Source of the DNA: Chiloscyllium plagiosum | Taxonomy: Eukaryota | Length of the DNA stretch: 34,001 bases | Assembly: GCF_004010195.1 (NCBI RefSeq) | Contig: NC_057719.1 | Location: 74,250,317 to 74,284,317 of the forward strand | Direction of reading: 5' to 3' | Shown here: one piece after another, positions 11,272 through 23,199 of the stretch | Numbering within the stretch: the stretch's first letter is position 1 | Layout of the letters: every line of letters starts with the position of its first letter | Notes under the pieces: model-generated | The model's database searches: none | Seen by the model: only the letters and a program-made list of their open reading frames with translations | What the model was told of the DNA's origin: nothing | Position numbers and translations under genes: made by a program

Positions 11272-11302
11272 CTGAGAAATGATGACAAACAATTAACAAA
11301 TT

Positions 11303-13177
11303 AGGTGTCAGTGGGGGAGCACTTTGGGGCCGGCGAACATAATTCTATTAGATTTAAAATAGTGATGGAAAAGGATAGACCAGATCTAAAAGTTGAAGTT
11401 CTAAATTGGAGGAAAGCCAATTTTGACAGTATTAGGCAAGAACTTTCAAAAGTTGATTGGGGGCAGATGTTCGCAAGTAAAGAGGGCGGCTGGAAAATTG
11501 GAAACTTTCAGTAATGAGGTAACGAGGTATATTCCTGTCAGGGTGAAAGGAAAGGCTGGTAGGTATAGGGAATGCTGGATGACTGAAGAAATTGAGGGTT
11601 TGGTTAAGAAAAAGAAGGAAGCATATGTCAGCTATAGAAAGGATAGATCGAGTGAATCCTTAGAAGAGTTTAAAAGCAGTCGAAGTATAGTTAAGAGGGA
11701 AATCAGGAGGGCAAAAATGGGACATAAGATAGCTTTGGCAAATAGAATTGAGGAGAATCCAAAGGGTTTTTACAAATACATTAAGGACAAAAGGGTAACT
11801 AGGGAGAGAATAGGGCCCCTCAAAGATCAGCAAGGCGGCCTTTGTGTGGAGCCGCAGGAGATGGGGAGATACTAAGCCAGTATTTACTGTGGAAAAGGAC
11901 ATGGAAGATATAGAATGTAGGGAAAAATGCCCATATTACAGAGGTGGTGGTGCTGGATGTCTTGAAATGCATAAAGGTGGATAAATTCCCAGGACCTGAT
12001 TGGGTGTACCCTAGAACTCCATGGGAAGCTAGGGAAGTGATTGCTTGGCATCTTCCTGAGATGTCTGTATCATCGATAGTCACAGTTGAAGTGCCAGAAG
12101 ACTGGAGATTGGCTAACGTGGTGCCTCTGTTTAAGAAAGGTGGTAAGGACAAGCCAGGGAACTGTAGACCAGTGAGCACAACGGTCGGTGCTGGGTCCAC
12201 TACTTTTCATCACTTATATAAATGACTTGGATGTGAGCATAAGAGGTATACTTAGTAAGTTTGGAGATGACACCAAAATTGGAGGTGGAGTGGACAGTGA
12301 AGAAGGTTACCTCAGATTACAACGGGATCTTGACAAGATGGACCAATGGGCTGAGAAGTGGCAGATGGAGTTTAATTCAGATAAATGCGAGGTGCTGCAT
12401 TTTGGGAAAGAAATCTTAGCAGGACTTATACACTTAATGATAAGGTCCTAGGGAGTGTTGCCGAACAAAGAGACCTTGGAGTGCAGGTTCATAACTCCTT
12501 GAAAGTGGAGTCGCAGGTAAATAGGATAGTGAAGAAGGCATTTAGTATGCTTTCCTTTATTGATCAGAGTGTTGAGTACAGGAGTTGGGAGGTCATATTG
12601 CGGCTGTACAGGACATTAGTTAGACCACTGTTGGAATATTGCATGCAATTCTGGTCTCCTTTTCTAACGGAAAGATGTTGTGAAACTTGAAGGGGTTCAG
12701 AAAAGATTTACAAGGATGTTGCCAGGGTTGGAGGATTTGAGCTATTGGGAGGGGCTGTACAGGCTGGGGCTGTTTTCCCTGGAGCGTCAAAGGCTGAGGG
12801 GTGACCTTATAGAGGTTTACAAAATTATGAAGGGCATGGATAGAATAAATAAACAAAGTCTTTTCCCTGGGGTGGGGGAGTCCAGAACTAGTAGGCATAG
12901 GTCCAGGGTGAGAAGGGAAAGATATAAAAGAGACCTAAGGGCAAGTTTTTTCACACAAAGGGTGGTACGTGTATGGAATGAGCTGCCAGATGAAGTGGTG
13001 GAGGCTGGTACAATTGCAACATTTAAAAGGCATCTGGATGGGTATATGAATAGGAAGAGTTTGGAGGGATATGAGCCAGGTGTTGGCAGGTGGGACTAGA
13101 TTGGGTTGGGATATCTGGTCGGCATGGACGGGTTGGACCGAAGAGTCTGTTTCCGTGCTGTACATCTCTATGACTCT
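11303..13177 (+). mobile_element. CR1 LINE in ACOT intron 2, with an internal deletion at ~12177
   Basis: CR1 ORF2 peptides in ORFs 11305-13099; jumps from CRPVS directly to the LGPLLF region; 3' end CATCTCTATGACTCTA. Confidence 0.93.
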
Positions 13178-13209
13178 AATTCCACACCTGTACTGTATAT
13201 GCTTTTACT

Positions 13210-13557
13210 AGAGTTAGAGTCAGAGAGATGTACAGCATGGAAACAGACCCTTTGGTCCAACTTGGCCACGCCAACCAGATATCCTAAATTAATCTAGTCC
13301 CATTTATCAGCACTTGTTCCATATCTCTCTAAACTCTTCCTATTCAGATGCCTTTTAAATGCTGCAATTGTACCAGCCTCCATCACTTCCTCTGGCAGCT
13401 CATTCCATATACACACCACTATCTGTATGATAAAGATGCCCCTTAGGATCCTTTTAAATCTTTCCCTTCTCACTATGCCCTCTAGTTCTGAGCTCCCCCA
13501 CCCCAGGGCAAAGACCTTGTCTATTTACTCTAACCATGCCCCTCATGACTTTATAGA
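13210..13557 (-). mobile_element. CR1 3' end fragment
   Basis: AGAGTCAGAGAGATGTACAGCATGGAAACAGACCC... is the reverse complement of the CR1 3' UTR. Confidence 0.9.
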
Positions 13558-13796
13558 TTAAACAAAACCAGAAAAAGAATTGCACATGCTGAAGATCTGA
13601 AACGAAAGCAGAAATTGGAGAAATTCAGCAACTGTGGAGAGAAGAGAGAGTTAACGTTGACTCTGGTGACTCTGAAGGAGGAAGCATCTCAATCTGCATC
13701 AGAATAAAATATACAATAATGACAAAAGCAGCAAATTAGTTTACATGATATTTACATCTCATGTACAAGCCATTTATTCACAGATTAATGCCAAAT

Positions 13797-14795
13797 GAGA
13801 GTCATAAAAACGTACAGCACGAAAACAGACTCTTCAGTCCTCCCCATCCATGCCGACCAAATATCCTGAATTAATCTAGCCCCATCTGCCAGCTTTTGAC
13901 CCAAATTCATCTAAATGCTTCCTATTCATATATCCATCCAGATGCCTTTCATATGTTTTAATTGTACCAGACTCCACCACTTCCTCGCGCAACTCATTCC
14001 ATACACGCACCCATTCTCTGTGTGAAAAAGGTGCCTCTCTGGTTCCTTTTACATCTTTCCCCTCTCACCTTAAATTAATGCCCTCTAGGTTTGGACTCCC
14101 CTCCCCTTGGAAAGAGACCTTAGCTATTCACAGTTTGCAAGCCCCTCATGATTTTACAAACCTTTATAAAGTCACCCCTCAGCCTTCAGCAGTAGAGGGA
14201 AAATAACCCCAGCCTATTCAGTATCTCCTAAAGCTCAGGCCCACCAATCCCGGCACCACTTTCTAATTCTTTTCTGAACTCTCTCAATATGATTGAGTCT
14301 TCTTCCATTCTTCATCACACCCTGCTCTTCTGTTTCACCCTCATTAATCCAGACCTATTTGCCAGCATTTGGCCCATATCCCTCTAACCCCTTCCTATTC
14401 ATGGACCCATCTAGATACATTTTAAATGTCATAATTGAACCAGACTCCACCACTTTTTCTGGCAGTTTTCTCTGCACCACCCTCTGTGTGAGAAGGTTAC
14501 CCCTCAAGACCCTTTTTAAAATCTTTCCCGTCTCACCCTCTAGTTTTGGACTCCCCTACCCTGGGAAAAGGACTTCACTATTCATCCTTACCATGCCCCT
14601 CATGATTTTATAAACCTTTATAAGGTCACCTCACAGCCTCCAACAGTACAGGGAAAACAGCCCCAGCCTATCCTGTCTTTGCCAAAGCTCAAACCCTCCA
14701 ATCCCAGCAACAACCTTGTAATTCTTTTCTGAACTCTTTCAATATTCGAGTCTTCTTCCATTCTTCTTCATACCCTGCTCTTCTGTTCAACCTCA
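13797..14795 (-). mobile_element. Tandemly duplicated CR1 3' fragment plus flank
   Basis: Two consecutive CR1 3' fragments sharing the same 5' truncation point and adjacent non-CR1 sequence. Confidence 0.85.
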
Positions 14796-14884
14796 TACAT
14801 TTAACTAGCTTCCTTTTAAATGCTAGTCACCCCAACAAGTCCTGTGGTAAAAAATCTAATCAAATTCAACATTTGATTAGATTT

Positions 14885-15166
14885 TTTGAGATTAGATTAC
14901 ATTACAGTGTGGAAACACGCCCTTCGGCCCAACAAGTCCACACCGACCCGCCGAAGCGCAACCCACCCATACCCCTACATTTACCCCCTACCTAACACTA
15001 CGGGCAATTTTGCATGGCCAATTCACCTGACCTGCACATCTTTGGACTGTGGGAGGAAACCGGAGCACCCGGAGGAAACCCACGCAGACACGGGGAGAAC
15101 ATGCAAACTCCACACAGTCAGTCGCCTGAGGCAGGAATTGAACCCGGGTCTCTGGCGCTGTGAGGC
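14885..15166 (-). mobile_element. HE1-type SINE, 5'-truncated
   Basis: Highly similar to the 9281-9604 copy but lacking the first ~25 nt. Confidence 0.92.
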
Positions 15167-15754
15167 CATTCTAGCCACTCTTAAGATGAAGTATGTTTCC
15201 CCTAGTTCTGGTCTCCCCCACAGGTGGAAATATTCTCTACATTCACCCTATTAAGCTTTTCCATTATATTAAAGACCTCTGTCAGGTCACCTATCAGTCT
15301 CTTTCTCAAAAACAGTTTTCCAGCCAGTTCAGATTATCGTGACAGAAGTTATGCTCATCCTAGTAAACCTTGTGGCACCCTCTCCAATGCCTCAAGATTT
15401 CACAGAATGTACAGGATCTTGAAATACAGGTTTCCAGACTATATCGTGAACATTCCTTCTAAAAGAGGCATTAGTTTCTATAACTTGCTGAGACTCTAAA
15501 TGGTTAATTGCAGTCACTACAGCCTCCCCAGCTTTGTTTGATACCTTTAGGAATTTTAAGGGAAATCCTGGAATTTGGTTTAAGGAGTTACCTTGTATGT
15601 TTGCCCCTGGAGAATTTGACTGCAATGGCGGAGGTGGGGGGCGGGGGGGGGTTGAATAGGATGCCTCATGTCTGCATCATAAAAAAGGGAGTGTTGGTCT
15701 TTACATTCACAAACTTTGTAAAACCATTTTCTAAATAAATTTAAAGCATGTTAC

Positions 15755-15957
15755 CTTTGGATGCCTTCTCAAGAAGTTCACAGCTTCTTCGAAATATTCC
15801 AGATCAAGATTCAAATAATCTTTTGGAAGGTCATCAAATCCAAAATATGCTAAACCCAATGTAACAAATCCATGGTTTGCTAAGAGACTAGCTCGATGCT
15901 CAACCATCCCACCACCTGACCCGTACAGATCAATAATCCCTGGAAATGGTCCGACAC
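15755..15957 (-). CDS. ACOT1-like: ACOT-family thioesterase, coding exon 2 (203 nt)
   Basis: Translation (G)[67 protein letters not shown]. Acceptor TTTTACAG| at 15958/15957 and donor AAG|GTAACA at 15755/15754; phases (1, 0) join in frame to exons 1 and 3. Confidence 0.96.
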
Positions 15958-17039
15958 CTGTAAAATTCAATCATGCAAAACAATTCCATATCAAATGTGC
16001 AAAAGATGACTATTCCTATAAAACTCATTATTCAAGGCCACTTCTACTGTTTCAAATGTATTTTTTGAAAAGTGTTCCATTTTTAGGTTTATCTGGCATT
16101 CAGCCTGGTCTCCCCTCCTATTTTCCACATTGAATCATGGTTGGTCCCCTGAGTTTGTTGGTAATGGTTGTGACAGTAATATTTCAGGCCATGAGGTGAC
16201 AGATTGTGGCAGAATACCTTTGGCCCACAGTCATGGAGGCCAGTTTTGAGTTGCTTGAAGTAAAATATTAACAGTATTAAAATTCCATCCTTAAATGAAA
16301 ATGGTGCCTCAATTGCAAGCATAAAGTCCAGAATCTTTAATCTTGGATCACCACAATATCCCCATCAAATAAACAGCTACACACCAAGTTTAAATTATCA
16401 GAGCTAATAGGCATAAAGCCCTAAGGGCAGCCCAATTGCAAATTTTACTATCAAGCTCCCAGACAGACTAGTAAAAAAAAAAACTTTAAAACCCAAATAA
16501 CCTTCCAATAAATTCTAACCATCCAGCATGGAACTTAAAACCCATGACAATTAATGAAATCTGAACAGGCACTTAGCTGTCGTGAGGTGAACATTAGCGG
16601 TAGCCACATCTCCTGAATATGGACTTGCAAGTAATACTAAACCTCAACCTGTTGTCAAGATAGAGAAAATACAAAGAACAAAGCAACAACTTTCCAGTTT
16701 GGAACTGCACATCAGCATTTGCTAAAGCAAAGTAGCCACATCATCTTGGTGCAGAAAGCTGGATTTGCTTTCTGAATGAGATGCCTGAAACATAAAACTA
16801 GACAATGCTGCCCATCCAAGTAATCCCTTGCAAACAAAATTACTAGAACCAACTCAAAATGAACAATATTTCAAACTCAATTTTAGCATCAAATTACTGG
16901 ACTCAACATATAAACCAGGCTCATTCCATCTTCCTCTATTCTTATCTGACTTGTTCCAAAGACTTCAGCACTGAATAACATTCTTCAATGACATGACTGC
17001 CTCATCAGCCCCCTCTGCTCTCAACTTCTGCCAATATGC

Positions 17040-17830
17040 TCCTCCAGGAACTCTCCATACACATTCTTTTTATCCAAATAGTCAATCAATGGCCTCTTGA
17101 ATGCCTCCATTGAATCTGCCTCCACTGCGTTTCCAGAAAATGCATTCCAGATCCTAACTACTCACTAAGTGAAAAAATATTTCTTTTGTGGATCACTATA
17201 AACCTTTTAAAAGCAGGAACAGTTTCTCCCTTTCTATTCTATCCAACTTGCTCGTGATTTTGAAAATCTCTAGCAAAACTACTCTTAGCCTTCTCTCCAA
17301 GGAGAACGGTCACAACTTCTTAAATTTATCCTCATCACTAACCTCACCCCAGAGCCATTCTTGCAAACCACTTATGCACTCTGCAATGCATTCACATCCA
17401 CCCTATAATGTGGCACCCAGAACTATACATAATACTCACGCTGAGATCTAACAAGTGTCACTATGCCCGTATTGATAAAGCTGAAGATACTGTATTCTTG
17501 CGTAATGCCCTCTCTTCCTCTCCCACCCTCAGGGTGAAAAAGCTTTTCTTAACGTCAATCTAACAGTCTTCCCCTTACCTTAAATCTGGTCATTGATCCC
17601 TCCATCATAGGGAAAAGCTTCTTCCTATCTACTCTATCTATCAATTGACCCTCAATTTTATACATCTAAATCATGTTCCCTCTCAATCTCTGCTGCTTTA
17701 AGGAAAACAACCCCAGTCTGCCCAATCTCTCTTCTCACCTGAAACTCTCCAGCCCACACAACATGCTGGTAAACCTCCTCTGCATCCTCTCCAATGCTAT
17801 CACATCACTCCTATAATGTGTTCCAGAACT
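17040..17830 (-). mobile_element. Ancient CR1 3' fragments
   Basis: Degenerate reverse-complement CR1 motifs (e.g. TAAGGAAAACAACCCCAG, CTCTCCAATGCTATCACATC). Confidence 0.65.
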
Positions 17831-18164
17831 GCAACTATGAAGTTGATCATTCGAATGATATTGCATTACAAACAAAAACTTATTCAAAATTAGTATGCAT
17901 ACATATAAAATTGTATATTTTTATATATTTTCAGTCAACAAAATCCCGAGGTTTGAGTATACACATAACTTGTTGCAATTTTCACATATTACTGAACCTG
18001 CTGTGGCTGACAGTTCGAAACACCTTATGGTTGTACAGTTTGCACAGATAGAAGTGTACTCAATTAATTATCTTTAGTATGATCTTGAGACCACACAATA
18101 AATAAAAACCATCCTCACTGAGGGCCAGTACTGCACATGGCTATGCTATGAACAGAAAGTGTGA

Positions 18165-19650
18165 TAGAGATGCACAGCATAGAGACAGACACTTTAGTCC
18201 AACTCATCCATGCTGATCAGATAACCTAAATTAATCTAGCTCCATTTGCCTGCGTTTGGCCCATATCCTTCTAAACCCTTCATGTTCATGAACCCATCCA
18301 GATGCCTTTTAAATGTTAGAATTCTACCAACCTCCATGACTTTCTCTGACAGCTCATTCCTTATATGCACCACCCTCTGCATGAAAATGTTGCCCCTTAG
18401 GTCTCTTTTATATCTTTTCCCTCTCACCCTAAACCTATGCCCTCTAGTTCTGGACTCTCCTATCCTGGGGAAACATCTTGGCTATTCACCCTATCCATGC
18501 CTCCCATGATTTTATACATCTCTAAGGTCACCCCTCAGCCTCCAATTCTCCAGGGAAAACAGCTCCAGCCTATTCAGCCTTTCCCAAGAGCTCAAATCCT
18601 CCAATCGTAGCAACATCCTTGTAAATCTTTACTGAACCCTTTCAAGTTTCACAACATCATTCCTATAGCAGGGAAACCTGAATTGACCACAGTATTCCAA
18701 AAGTGGCATAACCAATGTCCTGTACAGCCACAACATGACCTCCCAACTCCTATACTCAATGCACTGACCAATACAGGCAAGCGTACTAAATGCCACATTT
18801 ACTACCCTATCTAACTGTAACTCCAGTCTCAATCAACTATGCATCAGAACCCAACGGCTCTTTGTTATCAAAATTAAACTCCATACTTTATACTCCTCGG
18901 CCCATTGGCTCATCTGCTCAAGGTCCCGTTGTACTCAAAGGTAACCTTCTTCACTGTCCACTACACCTTCAATTTTGGTGTCATCTGCAAACTTACTGAC
19001 CATACCTACTATATTCACATCCAAATCATTTATATAAATGTCATAAAGCAGTGGACCCAGCACCAATCTTGCGGCATACCACTGGTTACAGGCCTCCAGT
19101 GTGAAAAGCAACCCTCCACCACCACCCTCTGTTTCCTACCTTCAAGCCAATTTTGTATCTAAATGACTAGCTCCCCTTATATTCCAAGTGATCGAACTTG
19201 CTAACCAGTTTACCATGTGGAACTTTGTTGTATGCCGTGCTGAACTCCATATAGTCAACATCCACCACTCTGCCTTCATCAATCTTCTTCGTCACTTCTT
19301 GAAAAAATGAATCAAGTTAGTGAGATGCCATTTACCATGCACAAAGTCACGTTGACTATCCCTAAACAGTCCTTTGCAAGTACATTGAAATCCTGTCCCT
19401 CTGAATCCCCTCCAAAACCTTCTTCACCACTGACGTCAGGCTCACCAGTCTATAATTCCCTGGTTTTTCCTTACCACCTTTCTGAAGTAATGGCACCCAC
19501 ATTAACCTCCAGTCTTCCTGCACCTCACCCATAGCTTTCGATGATACAAATATCTCAGCAAGGTGCCCAGCAATCATTTCTCTCACTTCCCACAACATTG
19601 TGGGGTACATCTGATCCGGTCCAGGAGTTTATCCACCTTTATGCATTTTA
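18165..19650 (-). mobile_element. CR1 LINE (RT to 3' end)
   Basis: Minus-strand ORFs 18236, 18629 and 19362 carry CR1 RT peptides (GNYRLVSLTSVV, VVKLERVQ). Confidence 0.92.
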
Positions 19651-20231
19651 AAGAAAACAAATATGCAACAGACAGATTAATGAGAAAGGAAAAGGAAACT
19701 ATTGGCAGAAGGGTTGAGAACCAGAGGATCTAGATTTTAGGTAATTTCAGCAAATAAGCCAAAGGTGGTATATCAAGAAAATAATCTTTACATTGTAAGT
19801 CATAATAATTTGTCTGAGTGAATGGTGAAGGCAGTTTCAAACGTAGGTTTTAAAAAGGAAATGCTTAAGTAGTTGAAGAAGAAAAAATGTAGGGTAGTGG
19901 CTAAAAAGAGCTCAAGGCATTGAAAAGAACAAGCAGAAAATGCTAAAGATGCTTCACGTTGGGAAAGAAAAACAGAGTTACCTTGTCAAATTAATTATGA
20001 TATTTCATCAGAATGGAGTAGGTAATGAAAAATAACCAGGAGATTAGAACCTCCTCAGTTGAGGACTGATTCCAAGCTGGCTGGCTACAGCCAGTGTACT
20101 TGAGGAGGAAGGACCTCGGTGTTGTCGACCTGACTCTGTTTTTGGCTGTGTCAGCCTATTAAAAAAATAGAGTAGGTAATGAGATGCCTTGAGCTGAGTT
20201 GCTTTCGCAGGGGCATGGCCTTGATTGTTTG

Positions 20232-20911
20232 TGTAAGGTATAGGGTTAAAATTGTGCAGAATAAGGGAACAGGTGTTGTTTCTGCAAAAGCTTACATTAT
20301 AAAATTAGGCTGCACATGCAAATACTAAACAGTAAGAAGCAAAAACAGATAGAATTATCTTTGGCTAATAGGGCAGAGCAACTGTGTAGCAGGATGTACC
20401 AGGCATAGGAAAACATAAGAAGCAAAAACAGGTAGAATTATCTATGACTAATAGGGCAGAGTGACTGTGTAGCGGGATGTACCAGTAACAGGAGAATCGT
20501 GTACCAGTCTCAGAAGGGATGTGGCCAACAGATGGAACTTAGTTTGGCAGGATGATCACACGAAGACAGCAAACTATGCCTGGATAGTCACATATAAGGA
20601 ATGAGATAAATAAGAGTAAGGGGCGACAGGCTTAGAGTAATGGGAGAAGTAAACAGAGGCGGAGAGAAACTAGACAAAAGTGGAGCGAAGTCAGAGCTTG
20701 TGATTGGTTACTTTTACTGTAGCAAGTAGCCTACAGGGTGAAAGGGGAGGACCGAGCGATGCAGCTGAACAGCATAAATCAGAATGTAACCCTCAGATCG
20801 ATGTGCTTATTCATTAGGCACCCGTTCTTGCAAGTACGTATCAATAAGATTCACTGCTTCAGAATTTGACTCGGACTGAAATTTATTAATATGTGAGTTT
20901 TGTTTCTCACA
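20232..20911 (+). repeat. ERV 5' LTR (680 bp)
   Basis: Starts TGTAAGGTATAGG and ends TTTCTCACA; direct repeat of 25182-25624; contains an internal ~68-bp repeat twice (~20334-20402, ~20418-20485). Confidence 0.95.
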
Positions 20912-20915
20912 AATT

Positions 20916-20935
20916 TGGGGGCTCATGTCCAGGAT
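20916..20935 (+). promoter_or_regulatory. Primer binding site, tRNA-Pro-like
   Basis: TGGGGGCTCATGTCCAGGAT just after the 5' LTR resembles the canonical tRNA-Pro PBS TGGGGGCTCGTCCGGGAT (2-nt insertion, 1 substitution). Confidence 0.8.
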
Positions 20936-21213
20936 ATCCATCATCACCAGTGGGGTAGACACCGTCGATGGCTGGGAAGACGCATCCTGTTCCTTTTAGA
21001 ACGGTGCTGTGTTACTCGGCGGTGGGTTTCCCCTTCTGGTTGACTGATAAGACTCTCATCGGATCTCAATCTGAACCAGGCGAAAGTAAGTAGGCACAGG
21101 GAGCCAGGCAACTCCGTGCATGGACCAAGGTAGGGAAATTGACTTTTAAGTACTTCCTTGGTGGCTGGGATTGAGTTCTAGTAGTTAATAAGTGTCTAAC
21201 GAAAGAACTCAAT

Positions 21214-21890
21214 ATGGGCTGTGCCGAGGTAAAGCATTAGCCTCCAAAAGAAAAATGGAAATGGAGGCGGGTCCCTGACAACATACCTCCAGAAAGTCCT
21301 TTGGGCAGGATGTTGTGGAATTGGCAAAATAATACTTGCACAAGGGGAAGAGATAGCAAAAAGATGATTAAATACTGTTGCTTTGTATGGACTAAGGAAT
21401 CCATTCTTCGTCCTGCTGTCTTCTGGCCAAAGTACAGGTTGGATGAAGACTGTGTTTGTAAATATTTGAATTTATATGTCAACAGAAAACAGTCTTTCAG
21501 TCAGAAAGGATCAGATTATGCTTAGTTTGGAAGGGCTAGTAGCTGAAGGGCTACTGAGGGTACACTTTGTAACTAAATCATGGCCAGACATCAAAACAAA
21601 ATTTCTGAAAATAGATGGTGGAGTGAGAAATCACTTGATGAATTGTTAAGAGATGCACAGAAAGTGTTTGTAAAGAGAGAGGATGAGAAGCAAAAGCAGA
21701 AGGCAAAAATGATGGTAGCCACGGTTGACGAAGTAGTCATAGAAAAGAATCGAATCAGTGACTAGCAACCGGAGTGGAGGGTGGCAGCACATAGAACATA
21801 GAGGAAGGGGTTGAGGATGAGGAGGATCTTTCGTAGGGTCCAGTCAACAGGGACAAGAACAGAGGTGGGGACCCAAACAAGCAGGGTGTT
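21214..21890 (+). pseudogene. gag: ERV gag remnants (matrix region fused to capsid C-terminus; nucleocapsid truncated)
   Basis: ATG GGC (MG) at 21214; IPPESPLGRMLWNW...KKMIKYCCFVW...FWPKY matrix-like motif; then HFVTKSWPDI / LDELLRDAQKVFVKREDEKQKQKAKMMVA capsid C-terminal-like motif; stops and frameshifts present. Confidence 0.75.
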
Positions 21891-22103
21891 ACATCCAAAA
21901 AAAAATTTCAAAAGATAGAGGGGTGGAGCGAGAAGCCTCTAAGAGCTGTACAGCTAGTAGAAAGTTTAACCCTTTGTGATTTGGTTTGAATGCACATTTG
22001 TTTGTTGGTGATTGAATGTTTGTGCTTTGTTCCCTGGAGCTTGAGATCCAGGACTGTTTTGAATCTGATTTCTATTATGGAAATTTAACATGATTTCTTT
22101 TAA

Positions 22104-23137
22104 GATGATGCGAGAAATTATGGCTGTCTTACACCAGGGGAGTCACTGGGGAGTGCAAGCAATGTGTGATTTGGTAAGTAAACATGGATGCAAGGGGGTC
22201 TATACGATAGCCAAACAGATATGTGAGGGATGTATAACATGCAATAAAATCAACAAGGTATTGAGGAAACAAGTCCCAGGAGGGAGAGAACCTGGACTCC
22301 AACCATTTCAGTGCATTCAGGTAGATTATACCGAATTACCCCGAGTGGGAAGACTGAGGTATATGCTGGTAATGGTTGAACACCGATCTGGATGGGTGGA
22401 GGCGTATCCTTTAGCCACTGCCACCACAAGTGGGGTGTCCAAGATAATACTTGAACACATAATTCCCAGATACGGGATAATGGAATGTATAGATTCGGAT
22501 CAGGGAACTCATTTTACTTCCAGGGTACTCCAGGGAGTAATGAAGGGTTCAGTATCTCCTGGGAGTTCCACACCCCTTGGCACCCACCTCATCAGGAAAG
22601 GTTGAGAGAATGAACCAGACACTCAAGAAGCAGTTATCTAAATTAGTACTAGACTCCCTTGGACTAAGTGTTTACCTATAGCTCTTTTGTGGGTGCAAAC
22701 GGCCCCAAGGAAAGATTTGGAGCTGTCCCCTTATGAGATATTGTTTGGCCTGCCCTATCTGGGAACAAAAGGGGAACTGCCCACCCTGGAGACTAAAGAT
22801 CTGTTCTTAAAGAAGTATATACTGGGCTTGTCCTCCTCTTTGTCTTTTCTTAGCAGACAAGGGTTACTGGCACAGACTCCGCCCCTTGAATTCGCCGTTC
22901 ATCCCATCCGGCCGGGAGACTGGGTCCTAATTAAGTCATGGACAGAAACTAAATTGCAACCCAGATTGGGAGGAACCGTACCAGGCTCTTTTGACTACTG
23001 AAACGGCGATACGCACGGTGGAGAAAGGCTGAACTCACTACACCAGGATTAAAGGACCGGTGGAATCCCCAGTTAAGAAAGAAGTCTGGACAGCCGAATC
23101 AACAGAAGAACCACTGAAACTCAGACTCAGACTTTAA
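22104..23137 (+). pseudogene. pol: ERV integrase (frameshifted)
   Basis: HHCC (HQGSHWG...CEGCITC); catalytic IQVDYTELP, IDSDQGTHF and, after a frameshift, VERMNQTLK; LSPYEILFG; PGDWVLIK; ends PLKLRLRL*. Confidence 0.92.
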
Positions 23138-23199
23138 GTAACTGGTTTTTATGCGGACGCAGGATAGTTTCTTTTTGATATCTGTATATTGTATTGCAT

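Noticed and set aside
10681..11292. Standalone 203-aa ORF, or a BAAT call
   Set aside because: It is exon 3 of a spliced gene (the first 7 codons are intronic), and the nucleophile is Ser (GISKG), not the Cys of mammalian BAAT.
16090..16960. Unassigned intron 1 segment as an extra exon or solo LTR
   Set aside because: Exons 1 and 2 already join in frame; I could not define termini, a TSD or coding similarity.
20334..20485. Direct repeats as a CRISPR-like array
   Set aside because: Only two ~68-bp copies within a retroviral U3 in vertebrate DNA; no spacer series.
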